From Nannocystis bainbridge (lineage in GTDB: Bacteria > Myxococcota_A > Polyangia > Nannocystales > Nannocystaceae): a stretch of DNA of 64,000 nucleotides. The translations under genes were made by a program, and so were the position numbers. The DNA lies in assembly GCF_028368995.1 (NCBI RefSeq), contig NZ_JAQNDL010000002.1, positions 1,920,001 to 1,984,000 on the forward strand, in the 5' to 3' direction. Positions 1 through 9,848 of the stretch are shown here, one piece after another. Every line of letters begins with the position of its first letter. The stretch's first letter is position 1. Below the pieces are notes generated by a model. That model had not been told where the DNA came from and did no database searches. It saw nothing but the letters and a program-made list of their open reading frames with translations.

Positions 1-438
1 TCCGTACAGACATCCTCACTACGGAGCGGGTCCGCGACTCCTTCGGCCCTGCTCTCGACTGTCGGGAGCAGCGAAGTGCCGGCGCAGCAAAGATTCGGCG
101 CAGCGAACAGCCATCGCCGATCGAGCTGCCCCGGCTCGAAGCGACCTCACGGACCTCGCCTGTCCGACTCGTCCGCTCGCGCCCGCCCTCACATGTCCTC
201 AAAGACAGCCGACGAGCGTCGGCGCCCCTCACTCCGGCCGAGCGGCCCGTCGACGCTCCTTCACTCGCCTGAGCCCGCCGTGCGGCCACACGTCCTCGAC
301 CGCTCCACTCACTCGGCGTCCCCGCTCCCCATCGTCGTCGGGCCGTCGGCTGTCGCTAGCCCATCATGTTCGCCCCGACGCGAACCGCCGCTCCTCCCCC
401 GCCTTGCGACCCGGTCCGCGGCCGCCTACGCTCCCGGC

Positions 439-1230
439 ATGCGCTCGCTTAGCTTCGCCTCCGTCCTCGCCGCGCTGCTCGCCTGCACCCCGACCGAGCC
501 CGGCACCACGGACACCGGCACCGCCTCGGGCACCGCCACGAGCACGACCACCGGCACCACGGCCGGCACCACCGCTCCGACCGGCGACCTCACCACCAGC
601 ACCACCGGCGGCACCGCGACCGGCGGCATGACCACCGCGCCGACGACCTCGACCTCCACCACGTCGACGACCTCGACCGCCACCACCGAGCCCGCGACTT
701 CGACGTCGACCACCTCGACCACGAGCCCCGGCACCGCGACCACCGACGACACCGGCGCCGTCGACCCGCAGTGCGCCCCGGCCACCGGTGACTACGGCGA
801 CTGCGAAGCCGTGCTCGGCTTCGCCTTCGACGGCACCGAGTGCACCCTGCGCTCCGGCTGCGGCTGCGGCCCCGACTGCGACAAGTTCTTCCCCAGCGCC
901 TCCGCCTGCGCCCTCGCCTGCGCCGCCGCCGACCACTGCAACCCGGACGAGTTCGACGGCGCCGGCCTCGTCAAACCGCCGATCCAGCCGGGCACCCACT
1001 GCGACGGCGTCTACGTGTGCCCCGGCGCCGACGCCGAGCTCAAGCAGGCCTACGTGGACATCTTCGGCCTGCTGACCTGCGAGCCGGGCGATTTCCCCTG
1101 CAGCGAGAACGGCGAGGTCTGCACCGGCCTGCTCGCGGGCACGCTCGGCCCCGAGGAGTGGGCCAAGCTGTGCGCCGCCAGCCTGCTGCCGAACTCCGGC
1201 CCCTTCATCTGCACCGTCTTCGGCCCCTGA
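439..1230 (+). CDS. Lipoprotein with Thr-rich linker and Cys-rich C-terminus containing a Kunitz/BPTI-like module
   Basis: In-frame ATG at 439 of ORF 76..1230 gives MRSLSFASVLAALLAC (lipobox), then a Thr-rich stalk, then C..GDC...FAFDGTEC...GCGC...FF.S...C...C. Confidence 0.75.
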   Translation: MRSLSFASVLAALLACTPTEPGTTDTGTASGTATSTTTGTTAGTTAPTGDLTTSTTGGTATGGMTTAPTTSTSTTSTTSTATTEPATSTSTTSTTSPGTATTDDTGAVDPQCAPATGDYGDCEAVLGFAFDGTECTLRSGCGCGPDCDKFFPSASACALACAAADHCNPDEFDGAGLVKPPIQPGTHCDGVYVCPGADAELKQAYVDIFGLLTCEPGDFPCSENGEVCTGLLAGTLGPEEWAKLCAASLLPNSGPFICTVFGP

Positions 1231-1241
1231 GCCCGCGAGGG

Positions 1242-1440
1242 CGACCTGTCCCTACGAACAGGTAGACGCTCCGCCGGCGACCTGTCCCTACGAACAGGTA
1301 GCGGGCTCCGCTCCGACCCGTCCCCACGAACAGGTGCCGGATCCGCCCGACGGCCTGTCCTTGCGAACAGGTAGCGGGCTCCGCTCCGACCTGTCCCCAC
1401 GAACCAGCTCCGCCCCGCGACCTGTCCCCACGGACAGGCA
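1242..1440. repeat. Six spaced copies of palindromic CCTGTCC-N4-GAACAGG motif (about 36-bp period)
   Basis: Copies start at 1245, 1281, 1317, 1354, 1390, 1421, with CAGG (once CCAG) 14 bp later; lies between convergent genes. Confidence 0.9.
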
Positions 1441-1471
1441 CCATCCGGCGGCGGGTTCCTGCCCCGCCCCC

Positions 1472-1576
1472 TCACGGCCGGGGCGGCGTGCGCAGCACCT
1501 TGGCGACGAGATAGATCGTCATCCCTCCGACCAGCAGCCACGTGCAGCTCAGCATGATCCACGCGCTCGTGCTCAC
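1472..1576 (-). CDS. Small single-TM protein, putative small subunit of the NSS transporter (MetS-like)
   Basis: GTG at 1576 overlaps the transporter stop (GTGA); MSTSAWIMLSCTWLLVGGMTIYLVAKVLRTPPRP, 34 aa, one hydrophobic helix. Confidence 0.65.
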   Translation of the reverse strand: MSTSAWIMLSCTWLLVGGMTIYLVAKVLRTPPRP

Positions 1577-3258
1577 GAGGCACCTCCTTCGGTCTTCGGC
1601 GGGTGTTGCGTGCTCGCCTCGATGTTGCGGCCGCGGAACGCTCGCCACACCAGCGCCGCGATCAGCGTGAACACCGTCAGCAGGACCACCCGCGTCAGGT
1701 CCTTGACGAACATCGGCGTGATCTTGCCCGCATCGTCGAAGTAGCCGCCCGTCTCGCCGACGTGGAGCAGCTTGCCGAGCACGCTGTCGGCCGCGAACGG
1801 CCAGCTGCCGGTGCTCAGCAGCTGCGACATCGCCTCGCCCCACGCCACGCTCGGCTTCACCATCGCGCCGAACAGCACCACCAGGATGAACAGCGGCGTC
1901 ACGTACTTGATGACGTACTTGTAGATGCCCGGCAGGCGCAGGTCGGCGCCCCGGTTGAGCTCCGCCCAGCCGCGCTCGATGCCGAAGATCCAGCCGAAGA
2001 TCAGCACCTCGGCCAGCGCGAACACGATCAGCGAGAACGTCCCGGTCCAGAAGTCGAACTCGTCGAAGGTCCCGCCCGGATACAGGATGACCACCATCGA
2101 GCCGAGCAGCAGCGTCGCCAGACCGCAGAGGAGCGCCGCCTTCTCGCGGCTGACCTTGAACTCGTCCTGCAGGAACGCCAGCACCGGCTGGCCCATCGCC
2201 AGCGACGAAGTGATGCCGGCGAAGAACAGCAGCCCGAACCACATCGCCCCCGCGATCGGCCCGAACCAACCCCATTGGTTGAACAGCGTCGGCAGCGTCA
2301 AGAACCCGAGGCCGAAGCCCGAGCCGCCGGCCGTCGCCGCCTGCACCGCCGCCAGCCCCAGGTACGCCGTGGCGATCGGGATCAAGATCGATCCGCCGAG
2401 GATGACCTCGACGAACTCGTTGACCGTCCCGGCCGTGGTCGCGTTGAGGGCGATGTCGTCGCGCTCGCGCAGGTAGGCCGCGTAGCAGTGGATCGAGCCC
2501 ATCCCGACCGACAGCGTGAAGAAGATCTGGCCGGCCGCCGCCAGCCACGTGCTCGGATTGAAAAGGCCCGAGCCCTGCGGCTCCCACACGAAGTTGAGGC
2601 CGACCAGCGGGCTCTCGACCACCCCCGGGTCACCTGGCCCGAGCATCAGGCCCTTGATCGCCAGCACCGCGCCGAAGCCGAGCAGCAGCGGCATCCCGAT
2701 CTTCGCCGCCAGCTCGACCCCGCGGACCAGCCCGCGCGACAGCAGCCACACGTTGAGCGCCAGCGTGGCGAGGAAGAACCCGGCCGCCTCGTACGGGATC
2801 GCGGCGATGTCGTCGGACGTCGTGCCGAGGTACTCCGGGAAGAACGTCGTCGGTGGGGTCGCCTCGAACGTCCCGCGCAGCGAGTGCCACACGTACGCCA
2901 GCGTCCACGACTCGATGTAACAGTAGTAGGCCGCCACCGTCAGGTTGGTGAACAGCCCGAACACGCCGACGTACTTGAGCCAGCGCGCGCGGCCGAGGCG
3001 GGCGAACATCCCCGGCGCGCTGTGGTGGCCGTACTGCCCGCCGTGGCGGCCGATCGCCCACTCGACCCACAAGAGCGGCAGGCCCATCAGCACGAACGAG
3101 ATCAGGTACGGCACCAGGAACGCGCCGCCGCCGTTCTGCGCCGCCTGGGCCGGAAAGCGGAGGAAGTTGCCGAGGCCGACGGCGTTGCCGGCGACCGCCA
3201 GCACCAGCCCCACGCGGGTGCCCCACTGCTCCTTCTTCGCCCCTGGACCTGACGCCAT
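1573..3258 (-). CDS. Sodium-dependent transporter, NSS/SNF family
   Basis: W...G..LAVAGNAVGLGNFLRFP...NGGGAFLVPY and AAAGQIFFTLSVG signatures; many TM segments. Confidence 0.93.
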   Translation of the reverse strand: MASGPGAKKEQWGTRVGLVLAVAGNAVGLGNFLRFPAQAAQNGGGAFLVPYLISFVLMGLPLLWVEWAIGRHGGQYGHHSAPGMFARLGRARWLKYVGVFGLFTNLTVAAYYCYIESWTLAYVWHSLRGTFEATPPTTFFPEYLGTTSDDIAAIPYEAAGFFLATLALNVWLLSRGLVRGVELAAKIGMPLLLGFGAVLAIKGLMLGPGDPGVVESPLVGLNFVWEPQGSGLFNPSTWLAAAGQIFFTLSVGMGSIHCYAAYLRERDDIALNATTAGTVNEFVEVILGGSILIPIATAYLGLAAVQAATAGGSGFGLGFLTLPTLFNQWGWFGPIAGAMWFGLLFFAGITSSLAMGQPVLAFLQDEFKVSREKAALLCGLATLLLGSMVVILYPGGTFDEFDFWTGTFSLIVFALAEVLIFGWIFGIERGWAELNRGADLRLPGIYKYVIKYVTPLFILVVLFGAMVKPSVAWGEAMSQLLSTGSWPFAADSVLGKLLHVGETGGYFDDAGKITPMFVKDLTRVVLLTVFTLIAALVWRAFRGRNIEASTQHPPKTEGGAS

Positions 3259-3324
3259 CGCCGCGAAGGTACCCCGGGGAGCCCGGCTTCTTCAACCGCC
3301 GGCGCCGGTCCGGCGCGGCCCCGA

Positions 3325-3342
3325 CCTGTCTTCCAGGACAGG
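3325..3342. repeat. Single copy of the 14-bp-spaced palindrome
   Basis: CCTGTCT-TCCA-GGACAGG in the spacer 3' of the ALDH gene. Confidence 0.7.
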
Positions 3343-3361
3343 CGGCCGGCCCGCGCGCCTG

Positions 3362-4963
3362 TCACTTCGGCCGCGTCATCTTCTTGCGGAGGCCGAGGAA
3401 GCCCTTCACCAGGCTACCCAGGCTGCTGCCTGCGATCCCCTTGAGCAGCTCGAACCCGTGCGAGACCTTGCCCGCGTACGGGAACCACAGTGGTTCCTGA
3501 TTCAGCCAGCCGCGGTCGACCATGATCCCGCGGGTGTTCATGAACGCCAGGATGCCCTCGTCGCCGTGGTAGCGGCCGATCCCCGACGAGCGCACCCCGC
3601 CGAACGGCAGCGCCGGGTGGCCGACCGACTGGATCACGTCGTTGATCGACACTTGCCCGCTCTCGAGGCGCGAGGCCAGGCGCAGCCCCTTGTCGATGTC
3701 TCGCGTCCACACGCTGCCGGCCAGCCCGTACTCGCTGGCGTTGGCCAGGCGCACCGCCTCGTCCTCGTCGCGCACGCGGATCACCGGCAGCACCGGCCCG
3801 AACGTCTCCTCGCGGAAGATCTCCATCTCCGGCGTCACCCCGGTGAGCAGCGTCGGCGCGAAGAACTGGCCCTCGCGCTGCAACCTCTCGCCCCCGAACA
3901 CCAGCTTGGCCCCCGCCGCCACCGCCGAGTTCACGTGGCGCTCGACGATCCCCAGCTGCGCGGCCGACGTCAGCGGCCCCATGTCGGCCTGCTCTTCGGG
4001 CCCGCCGACGGTCACCTTCGCCACCCTCTCGCGCACCATCTCGACGAAGCGGTCGTGGATCGCGTCGACCACGAAGATGCGCTCGACCGACACACACGCC
4101 TGGCCGCAGTTGACGAGCGAGCCCCACACCGCCGCCTCGGCCGCGCGCTCGAGGTTGGCGTCGGCGCACACGATCATCGCGTCCTTGCCCCCCAGCTCGA
4201 GCTCGACCGGGATCGGGCGCTGGGCCGCCGCCGCCATCACCTTGCGGCCGGTCGCCACCGACCCGGTGAAGAACAGCATGTCGACCTCGGCCCGCGTCAG
4301 CGCCGCCCCCGTCGAGCCGTCGCCGTGAACGATCTCGACCACCCCGGCCGGTAGCCCGATCCGGCTGAAAAGGTCCGCGACCACGCCCGCCACGATCGGG
4401 GTGATCTCCGACTGCTTGAGCACCACCGTGTTACCGCCGATCAGCGCCGACAGCACCGGCGCCACCGCCAGCTGGAACGGGAAGTTCCACGGCGAGATGA
4501 TGCCGACGACCCCCCGCGGGAAGTGCTCGATGAACCCCGCCTTGCCCGGCAGCACGATCGGCGTCGGCACCTTGCGGCGGCGCAGCAGCACCGGCGCCCG
4601 GCGCAGCATGTAGTCCAGCAGCAGCGGCACCGCGCCGATCTCGGTCACCGTCGCCTCGAAGGTCGGCTTGCCGGTGTCCTCGCTGATCTTGCGGGCGTAG
4701 TGCTCGCCGTGCTCGGCCAGCACTTGCTTGACCCGGCCCAGCAGCTCCACGCGGGTCGCCAGCGGCGTGTCGCGCCAGCCGGGGAAGGCCGCCCGGGCCC
4801 GGGCCACCGCCGCGGCCACCTCGGCTTCGTCGGCGACCGGAAAATCGCCCAGCTTGGCGCCGCTGACGGGGCTCAGCTTCTCGATCAGCCGGCGCGGCGA
4901 AACGGCCTTGTCGGGCCCGGCAGGGGTGGATGACGCGGGGGCGGGAGTCTTGGAGGCGCTCAT
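3362..4963 (-). CDS. Aldehyde dehydrogenase family protein
   Basis: ISPWNFP, FFTGSVATG, ELGGKD, GQAC (catalytic Cys), EETFGP motifs. Confidence 0.95.
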   Translation of the reverse strand: MSASKTPAPASSTPAGPDKAVSPRRLIEKLSPVSGAKLGDFPVADEAEVAAAVARARAAFPGWRDTPLATRVELLGRVKQVLAEHGEHYARKISEDTGKPTFEATVTEIGAVPLLLDYMLRRAPVLLRRRKVPTPIVLPGKAGFIEHFPRGVVGIISPWNFPFQLAVAPVLSALIGGNTVVLKQSEITPIVAGVVADLFSRIGLPAGVVEIVHGDGSTGAALTRAEVDMLFFTGSVATGRKVMAAAAQRPIPVELELGGKDAMIVCADANLERAAEAAVWGSLVNCGQACVSVERIFVVDAIHDRFVEMVRERVAKVTVGGPEEQADMGPLTSAAQLGIVERHVNSAVAAGAKLVFGGERLQREGQFFAPTLLTGVTPEMEIFREETFGPVLPVIRVRDEDEAVRLANASEYGLAGSVWTRDIDKGLRLASRLESGQVSINDVIQSVGHPALPFGGVRSSGIGRYHGDEGILAFMNTRGIMVDRGWLNQEPLWFPYAGKVSHGFELLKGIAGSSLGSLVKGFLGLRKKMTRPK

Positions 4964-5077
4964 GTGCAAAGCCTTCGATCACGGGCGAGGGCCCGCGCGG
5001 GGGTGAGTTTAGCAAACGGGCCCCCCGATGCGACCGCGCGCGGGCCCGCGGATACTGCTACCATGCCCAGTGCCGCC

Positions 5078-5902
5078 ATGACGACCAGCCGCCGTGACGA
5101 CCTGTTCCGCCGCTACCTCGGGATCCTCGGGTGGGTCGGAGACCCTGGGCTCCACGAGCTCGTCAGCAGCCACCTGATCAAGGTCCCGTTCGAGAACGTG
5201 TCCAAGCTGCTGCGCCCGGCCGACGCGCCGAAGAACGCGGTGCAGCCGATCGACGAGTTCCTGCGCGGCATCGGCGAGCAAGACCTGGGCGGCACCTGCT
5301 ACGCCCTCAACGCCCACTTCGCCGAGCTGCTGCAGTTCCTCGACTACGACGTCGAGCTGCTGGCCGCCGACGCCGGCGGCGTCCCGCGGGCCCACGCCGT
5401 CTGCCGCGTCACCTTCGAGGATCAGCAGCACCTGGTCGACGTCGGCTACGGCGCCCCGTTCTACCACCCGATCCCGCTCGACTCGCTGCCGCTGCAGATC
5501 CCGCACGGCGCCGTCAGCTACGCCCTCGATCGCCACGCCTCGCACCGCGAGGCGGTCGAGGTAGCGATGGTCCACCAGGGCGCCCGGATCCACAACTACG
5601 TCGCCAAGCCGCCGGCCATCGGCTCCGACGTGTTCGCCGCCGCGATCGAGCGCTCCAACGCGCCCGACGCCCACTTCATGCGGCGGCTCAAGATCATCCG
5701 CTTCTTCGCCAGCCGCGTGCTCGAGATCGACAACAACCGGCTCGTCACCACCCACCACAACATCACCACCGTCACCCCGATCCGCGACATCGACGAGCTC
5801 GAGGCGGTCGTGCACGAGGCGCTGCAGCTGCCGCGCATGCCGGTGCGCGAGGCCGTCGAGGCCCTCGCGGCCCGCGGGATCGACGTCTTCGCTACTGCTT
5901 GA
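5078..5902 (+). CDS. Arylamine N-acetyltransferase family protein
   Basis: VPFEN, GGTCYALN (Cys), H, LVDVGYG (Asp) catalytic triad motifs; start at 5063 or 5078. Confidence 0.9.
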   Translation: MTTSRRDDLFRRYLGILGWVGDPGLHELVSSHLIKVPFENVSKLLRPADAPKNAVQPIDEFLRGIGEQDLGGTCYALNAHFAELLQFLDYDVELLAADAGGVPRAHAVCRVTFEDQQHLVDVGYGAPFYHPIPLDSLPLQIPHGAVSYALDRHASHREAVEVAMVHQGARIHNYVAKPPAIGSDVFAAAIERSNAPDAHFMRRLKIIRFFASRVLEIDNNRLVTTHHNITTVTPIRDIDELEAVVHEALQLPRMPVREAVEALAARGIDVFATA

Positions 5903-6752
5903 TCCCGCACAGGCCGACGTCCTCGAGCCCCGGCGGGGCCATGCCCGCGTCGTAGAACGGCAGGCACTCCTGCTCCGGCGCCCCCGAGCACATCGCCGGC
6001 ATCGACTCGGCCAGCGCGAGATCGCAGAACTCGGTGCAGCAGCCCGGCGTCCCGCAGCCCGGCACGTTCGGCCCGGCCGAGCACAACAAGCCCGGGTCGC
6101 ACACGTTGAGGAACTCGCACGGGTCGCCATAGAAGCCGGCGTCGCCGCTGACGTCGCCGTCGCACACGAACCCGCCCGCCGCGCTCGGGATGCAGATCTG
6201 TCCGCTAGGACAGGTCGGCGTCAGCGGGTTGCAGCTCGTCAAGCACAGCGCGAGCAGGCCACCCGTCGACACGTCGCACACCAGCCCGCCCGCGCACGTC
6301 GGCGCGGCCGGCGCCCCCTCGCACATCGGCGTGCAGGTCCCGAGGCCGTCGGCGTCGAGCAGCCAGCACAGCAGACCGGCGTCGCAGTCGTCGAGGCCGA
6401 CGATGCCGCCCTCGGCCTGGCACGGGTCACCCGCCTTGCCCGCGGGATCGGCGATCTCGACGCAGCGCGTGTCGTCGACCACGCCGGTCCCGGTCGAGTC
6501 GAACGGCACGCACTTCGCGCCCGCCGGACAATCTTGCATCCACACGTCGCACTCGCCGGCGATCGGCCCGCCGCTGGTGGTCGGCGCCGACGACGAGGTC
6601 TGCGTGTCGTCCGTCGTCGCCGCGGTCGTCGTCGTCTCGGGACCTGCGGGAGGACCGCCCCCGGCCTCGCTGTCGGTCCCACCTTGCTCGAACTTCACGC
6701 ACCCCGCGAGTGTGAGAAGCACGACGAACCGCGACGCTCCGGGCCTGATCAC
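5892..6752 (-). CDS. Cys-rich myxobacterial lipoprotein
   Basis: LTLAGC lipobox, Thr-rich linker, repeated GDPC/CDAGLLC/CTPMC modules. Confidence 0.8.
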   Translation of the reverse strand: MIRPGASRFVVLLTLAGCVKFEQGGTDSEAGGGPPAGPETTTTAATTDDTQTSSSAPTTSGGPIAGECDVWMQDCPAGAKCVPFDSTGTGVVDDTRCVEIADPAGKAGDPCQAEGGIVGLDDCDAGLLCWLLDADGLGTCTPMCEGAPAAPTCAGGLVCDVSTGGLLALCLTSCNPLTPTCPSGQICIPSAAGGFVCDGDVSGDAGFYGDPCEFLNVCDPGLLCSAGPNVPGCGTPGCCTEFCDLALAESMPAMCSGAPEQECLPFYDAGMAPPGLEDVGLCGIKQ

Positions 6753-6958
6753 CGCACCAGCCTATCACGCGCGCAGGGCCGCGCAGCGCCTCTGAGGCGG
6801 CTTCCGGGGCCTCGTTGTCCGGCTCGCGCGTTCTCCGCTGCGGGCGAGCCCGGCGGCGCTCGTCGCGGACAAAGCTTGCTACACTGTGCGGACCCTATGG
6901 GTGACCCCCCCAGTAAGGCCCACGGCCGCTTGGACGGGCCGAGGAGCAGCGAACGTCG

Positions 6959-8287
6959 ATGAGCGACCTCCTGCGACTCGTCTCTCTGTTCTTCCTCGTC
7001 CTGATCAACGGCTTCTTCGTCGCGGCCGAGTTCGCGCTCGTCAGCGTGCGACGCACGCGGATCGAGCAGCTCGCCAACGAAGGCAACACGCTCGCGCGCC
7101 TCACCCACAAGGTGCTGCAGGACCTCGACCTCTACATCGCCGCCACCCAGCTCGGCATCACGATGGCGAGCCTGCTGATCGGCTTCATTGCCGAGCCCGC
7201 GATCGAGCACCTCGTCGCGCCGAGCCTGCTCGAGTGGGGCTACCAGCCCGAGAACGTCAAGACCATCTCGTTCGCGCTCGCCTTCGGCATGTCGACCGCC
7301 CTGCACATCGTGTTCGGCGAGCTGGCGCCCAAGTCGCTGGCGCTGCAGCGGGCCGAGCAGGTCTCCCTGGCGATCTCGGTGCCGATGATCGCCTTCACGA
7401 CGCTGTTCCGCCCGGTCATCTGGGTCCTCAACGTCACCGGCAACGGCGTCGTCCGCATGTTCGGCCTCCGCCCCGTGCCCGGCCATCACTCGGCCCACTC
7501 CGAAGAGGAGATCCGCATGATCGTGTCGGCGTCGCGGCAGGAGGGCGTGCTCGAGGAGCAGGAGAAGGAGTTCCTCAACAACGTGTTCGACCTGTCGGAC
7601 ACGCCGGTGCGCGCCATCATGACCCCGCGCGTCGACATGATCGCGCTCGACGAGACCGTCTCGCTGCGCCGCTTCATGTCGCTCAACGAGGAGCACCAGT
7701 ACTCGCGCGTCCCGATCTACCGCGACACCAACGACAAGGTCATCGGCATCGCCTACGTCGGCGACGTGCTCAAGCACCTCGACCACCTCGACGAGGTCAC
7801 CGTCGGCAGCGTCGCCCGTCCGGCTGTGTTCGCCCCCGAGAACATGAAGGTCATCGACCTGTTCTCGCTGTTCCAGAAGAAGAAGACCCACATGGCGATC
7901 GTCGTCGACGAGTTCGGCGGCACCGCCGGCGTCGTCACCCTCGAGGACGCGCTCGAGGAGGTCGTCGGCGAGATCTACGACGAGAACGACGAGCCCGACG
8001 ACGAGAAGCAGGTCCGTGACATCGGCGACGGCACCTTCCTTTTCGACGCGATGATCAACGTCTCCGAGGTCGAGAAGACCCTCGCCGTCGACCTCGACGA
8101 CGAGATCCAGGGCAACTACGAGACGCTCTCGGGCTTCCTGTTCCACAAGTTCGAGTACATCCCGCAGGTCGGCGAGGAGGTCGAAGCCGAGGGCTGGACC
8201 TTCCACGTCGCCGAGGCCGACGAGCGCCGCGTCATCAAGATCCGCGCCTTCCGCAAGCAGCCCCCGCCGGCCGAAGCCCCGACCTGA
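6959..8287 (+). CDS. HlyC/CorC family (CNNM + CBS pair + CorC) transporter
   Basis: [52 protein letters not shown]. Confidence 0.95.
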   Translation: MSDLLRLVSLFFLVLINGFFVAAEFALVSVRRTRIEQLANEGNTLARLTHKVLQDLDLYIAATQLGITMASLLIGFIAEPAIEHLVAPSLLEWGYQPENVKTISFALAFGMSTALHIVFGELAPKSLALQRAEQVSLAISVPMIAFTTLFRPVIWVLNVTGNGVVRMFGLRPVPGHHSAHSEEEIRMIVSASRQEGVLEEQEKEFLNNVFDLSDTPVRAIMTPRVDMIALDETVSLRRFMSLNEEHQYSRVPIYRDTNDKVIGIAYVGDVLKHLDHLDEVTVGSVARPAVFAPENMKVIDLFSLFQKKKTHMAIVVDEFGGTAGVVTLEDALEEVVGEIYDENDEPDDEKQVRDIGDGTFLFDAMINVSEVEKTLAVDLDDEIQGNYETLSGFLFHKFEYIPQVGEEVEAEGWTFHVAEADERRVIKIRAFRKQPPPAEAPT

Positions 8288-8307
8288 GCCGGCTCCGGTC
8301 GGACCGA

Positions 8308-8339
8308 CCTGGCCTTCGTGACATGTCCCGAAGGCCACC
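8308..8339. repeat. Short 14-bp-phased array / near-perfect palindrome
   Basis: CCTG 8308, CATG 8322, CACC 8336; GGCCTTCGTGACATGTCCCGAAGGCC is almost a perfect palindrome; between convergent genes. Confidence 0.75.
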
Positions 8340-8351
8340 CGCTCGCCCGCG

Positions 8352-8870
8352 CTACCGATCGAGCGCCGCCAGCGCCCGCCGCAGCGCCAGCTCGGCCAGC
8401 GCGTGCGCGACCCGCCCCTCGGCCAGCATCGCCTCGACCTCCGCGCGCCCCATCACCACCGGCGCCACGACCTCGTCCGCGTCCGCGTCCGGCGCTCCCA
8501 CCCGCACCGCGCCGCGGACCAGGAAGAAGTGGCAGCGGTTGTCCTGCAGCACCGGATTGGGGTGCGTCGAGCCCAGCGGCTCGGCCGTGGTCCCCGCGTA
8601 ACCAGTCTCTTCGCGCAGCTCTCGCAGCGCCGCGCTCGCCGGCGCCTCCCCGGCGTCGACCAGCCCCCCGGCGGGCTCGATCGTCTCCGCCGCGATGCCG
8701 AAGCGGTGCTGGCGGACCAGCACGAACTGCCCCGCCGCGTCGACCGCCACCGCCATCACCCAGTCGGGCATTCTCAGCAGCGTCACCGGCGACCCGCGCC
8801 CCGCGAGCTCGACCGTCTCGACGCGAAAGAACCCGGCGTCGAACACCTCGCGGCGACGTACCTCGCGCAT
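8352..8870 (-). CDS. NUDIX hydrolase (ADP-ribose pyrophosphatase-like)
   Basis: Nudix box GGLVDAGEAPASAALRELREETGY. Confidence 0.92.
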   Translation of the reverse strand: MREVRRREVFDAGFFRVETVELAGRGSPVTLLRMPDWVMAVAVDAAGQFVLVRQHRFGIAAETIEPAGGLVDAGEAPASAALRELREETGYAGTTAEPLGSTHPNPVLQDNRCHFFLVRGAVRVGAPDADADEVVAPVVMGRAEVEAMLAEGRVAHALAELALRRALAALDR

Positions 8871-8911
8871 CGCCCGGTGATACCACGGCCTCCGCCGCGG
8901 CCGTCACCTCA

Positions 8912-8943
8912 CGTGCCCGAAAGGACATGCCCGAAGGGACATC
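8912..8943. repeat. Short 14-bp-phased array
   Basis: CGTG 8912, CATG 8926, CATC 8940 (cgtgcccgaaagga/catgcccgaaggga). Confidence 0.7.
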
Positions 8944-9041
8944 CTGCGCCCCGGGCGCAGCCCGTCGCCGCGGTCCGAAAATAATTTCGAAGACTCGCCG
9001 GGCCCACGCGTAGAGCCCCATCGACCCTCCCGGAGCCCGAC

Positions 9042-9848
9042 ATGCCGCGCCCTCACCCCCTCCTCCTCCTCGCCTTCCCCCTCGCGCTCGCCTGCCAGGC
9101 CCCCGCGGCCGCCCCCGCCCCCACGGTCCCGGCAGCTCAGGCGCCTGCCGCCGCGCCCGAAGTCAGCGACGAGCCGCAGCTCCGCACCTACGCCGTCCCG
9201 CCCGGGCAAGCGCGCTCGATCGAGAACGCCCTCTCGAGCGCCCTCTCGACCGGCAAGGGCCTGCCGCCGCTCGGCACCGTCGAGCGCTTGCCCGACGGCC
9301 GCCTCGTCGTCGTCGCCCCGCCGCAGATCCAGGACGGCATCGCCGACCTGATCGCCGGCCTCGATCCCGCCAACGCCCCGCCCGTGCGCACCGCCGAGCT
9401 CGACTACTGGATCGTCATCGGCGAGCCCGCCGTGGCCGCCGAGGGCGTCGACGCCGTCCCTGCCATCGCCCCCGCGCTGCAGGCCATCGTCGGCAGTCAG
9501 GGCCCGATGCGCTTCCGCCTCCACGAGGCCATGCACCTGTCCTCGCTCATCGACGACGGCGCCGAGGCCGACGGCGCGCGCATGCGTGCGCGCCAGCTCG
9601 TCTCCGAAGTCGGCGGGCGGCTCGTCGCCGACCTCGACATCGCCGTCGCCCAGACCGCCAAAAATCGCGGTCACCTCGTCGTCTGCGCCGACGGCTGCCT
9701 GCAGTTCAAGTCGCGCGTCCACGTCGAGCCCGGCCAGCTCCTGGTCGTCGGTCAGGCCAGCTTCGACGCGACCGACGCCAAGGCTCCCTCTGCCCCGCAG
9801 ACCCTGTTCTACATCATCCGCGGGCAGATCCGGTCCGGAGGCGCGTGA
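9042..9848 (+). CDS. Lipoprotein with secretin-N (NolW)-like segment
   Basis: LALAC lipobox; DGRLVVVAPPQIQDGIADLIAGLD resembles the secretin N domain; stop overlaps the sigma factor start. Confidence 0.6.
   Translation: MPRPHPLLLLAFPLALACQAPAAAPAPTVPAAQAPAAAPEVSDEPQLRTYAVPPGQARSIENALSSALSTGKGLPPLGTVERLPDGRLVVVAPPQIQDGIADLIAGLDPANAPPVRTAELDYWIVIGEPAVAAEGVDAVPAIAPALQAIVGSQGPMRFRLHEAMHLSSLIDDGAEADGARMRARQLVSEVGGRLVADLDIAVAQTAKNRGHLVVCADGCLQFKSRVHVEPGQLLVVGQASFDATDAKAPSAPQTLFYIIRGQIRSGGA

Noticed and set aside
1-438. N-terminal extension of the first ORF and weak CCTCACT/GCTCCTTC repeats
   Set aside because: The extension is low-complexity and precedes a clear lipoprotein signal; the repeats are too degenerate to define a unit by eye.
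1242-1440. CRISPR array (palindromic repeat with about 36-bp period)
   Set aside because: The whole period is only about 36 bp, the linkers are short and partly identical, the repeats are degenerate, and no cas genes are present.
8311-8336. Classical Rho-independent terminator
   Set aside because: Strong palindrome but no U-tract on either strand; recorded as part of the 14-bp motif family instead.
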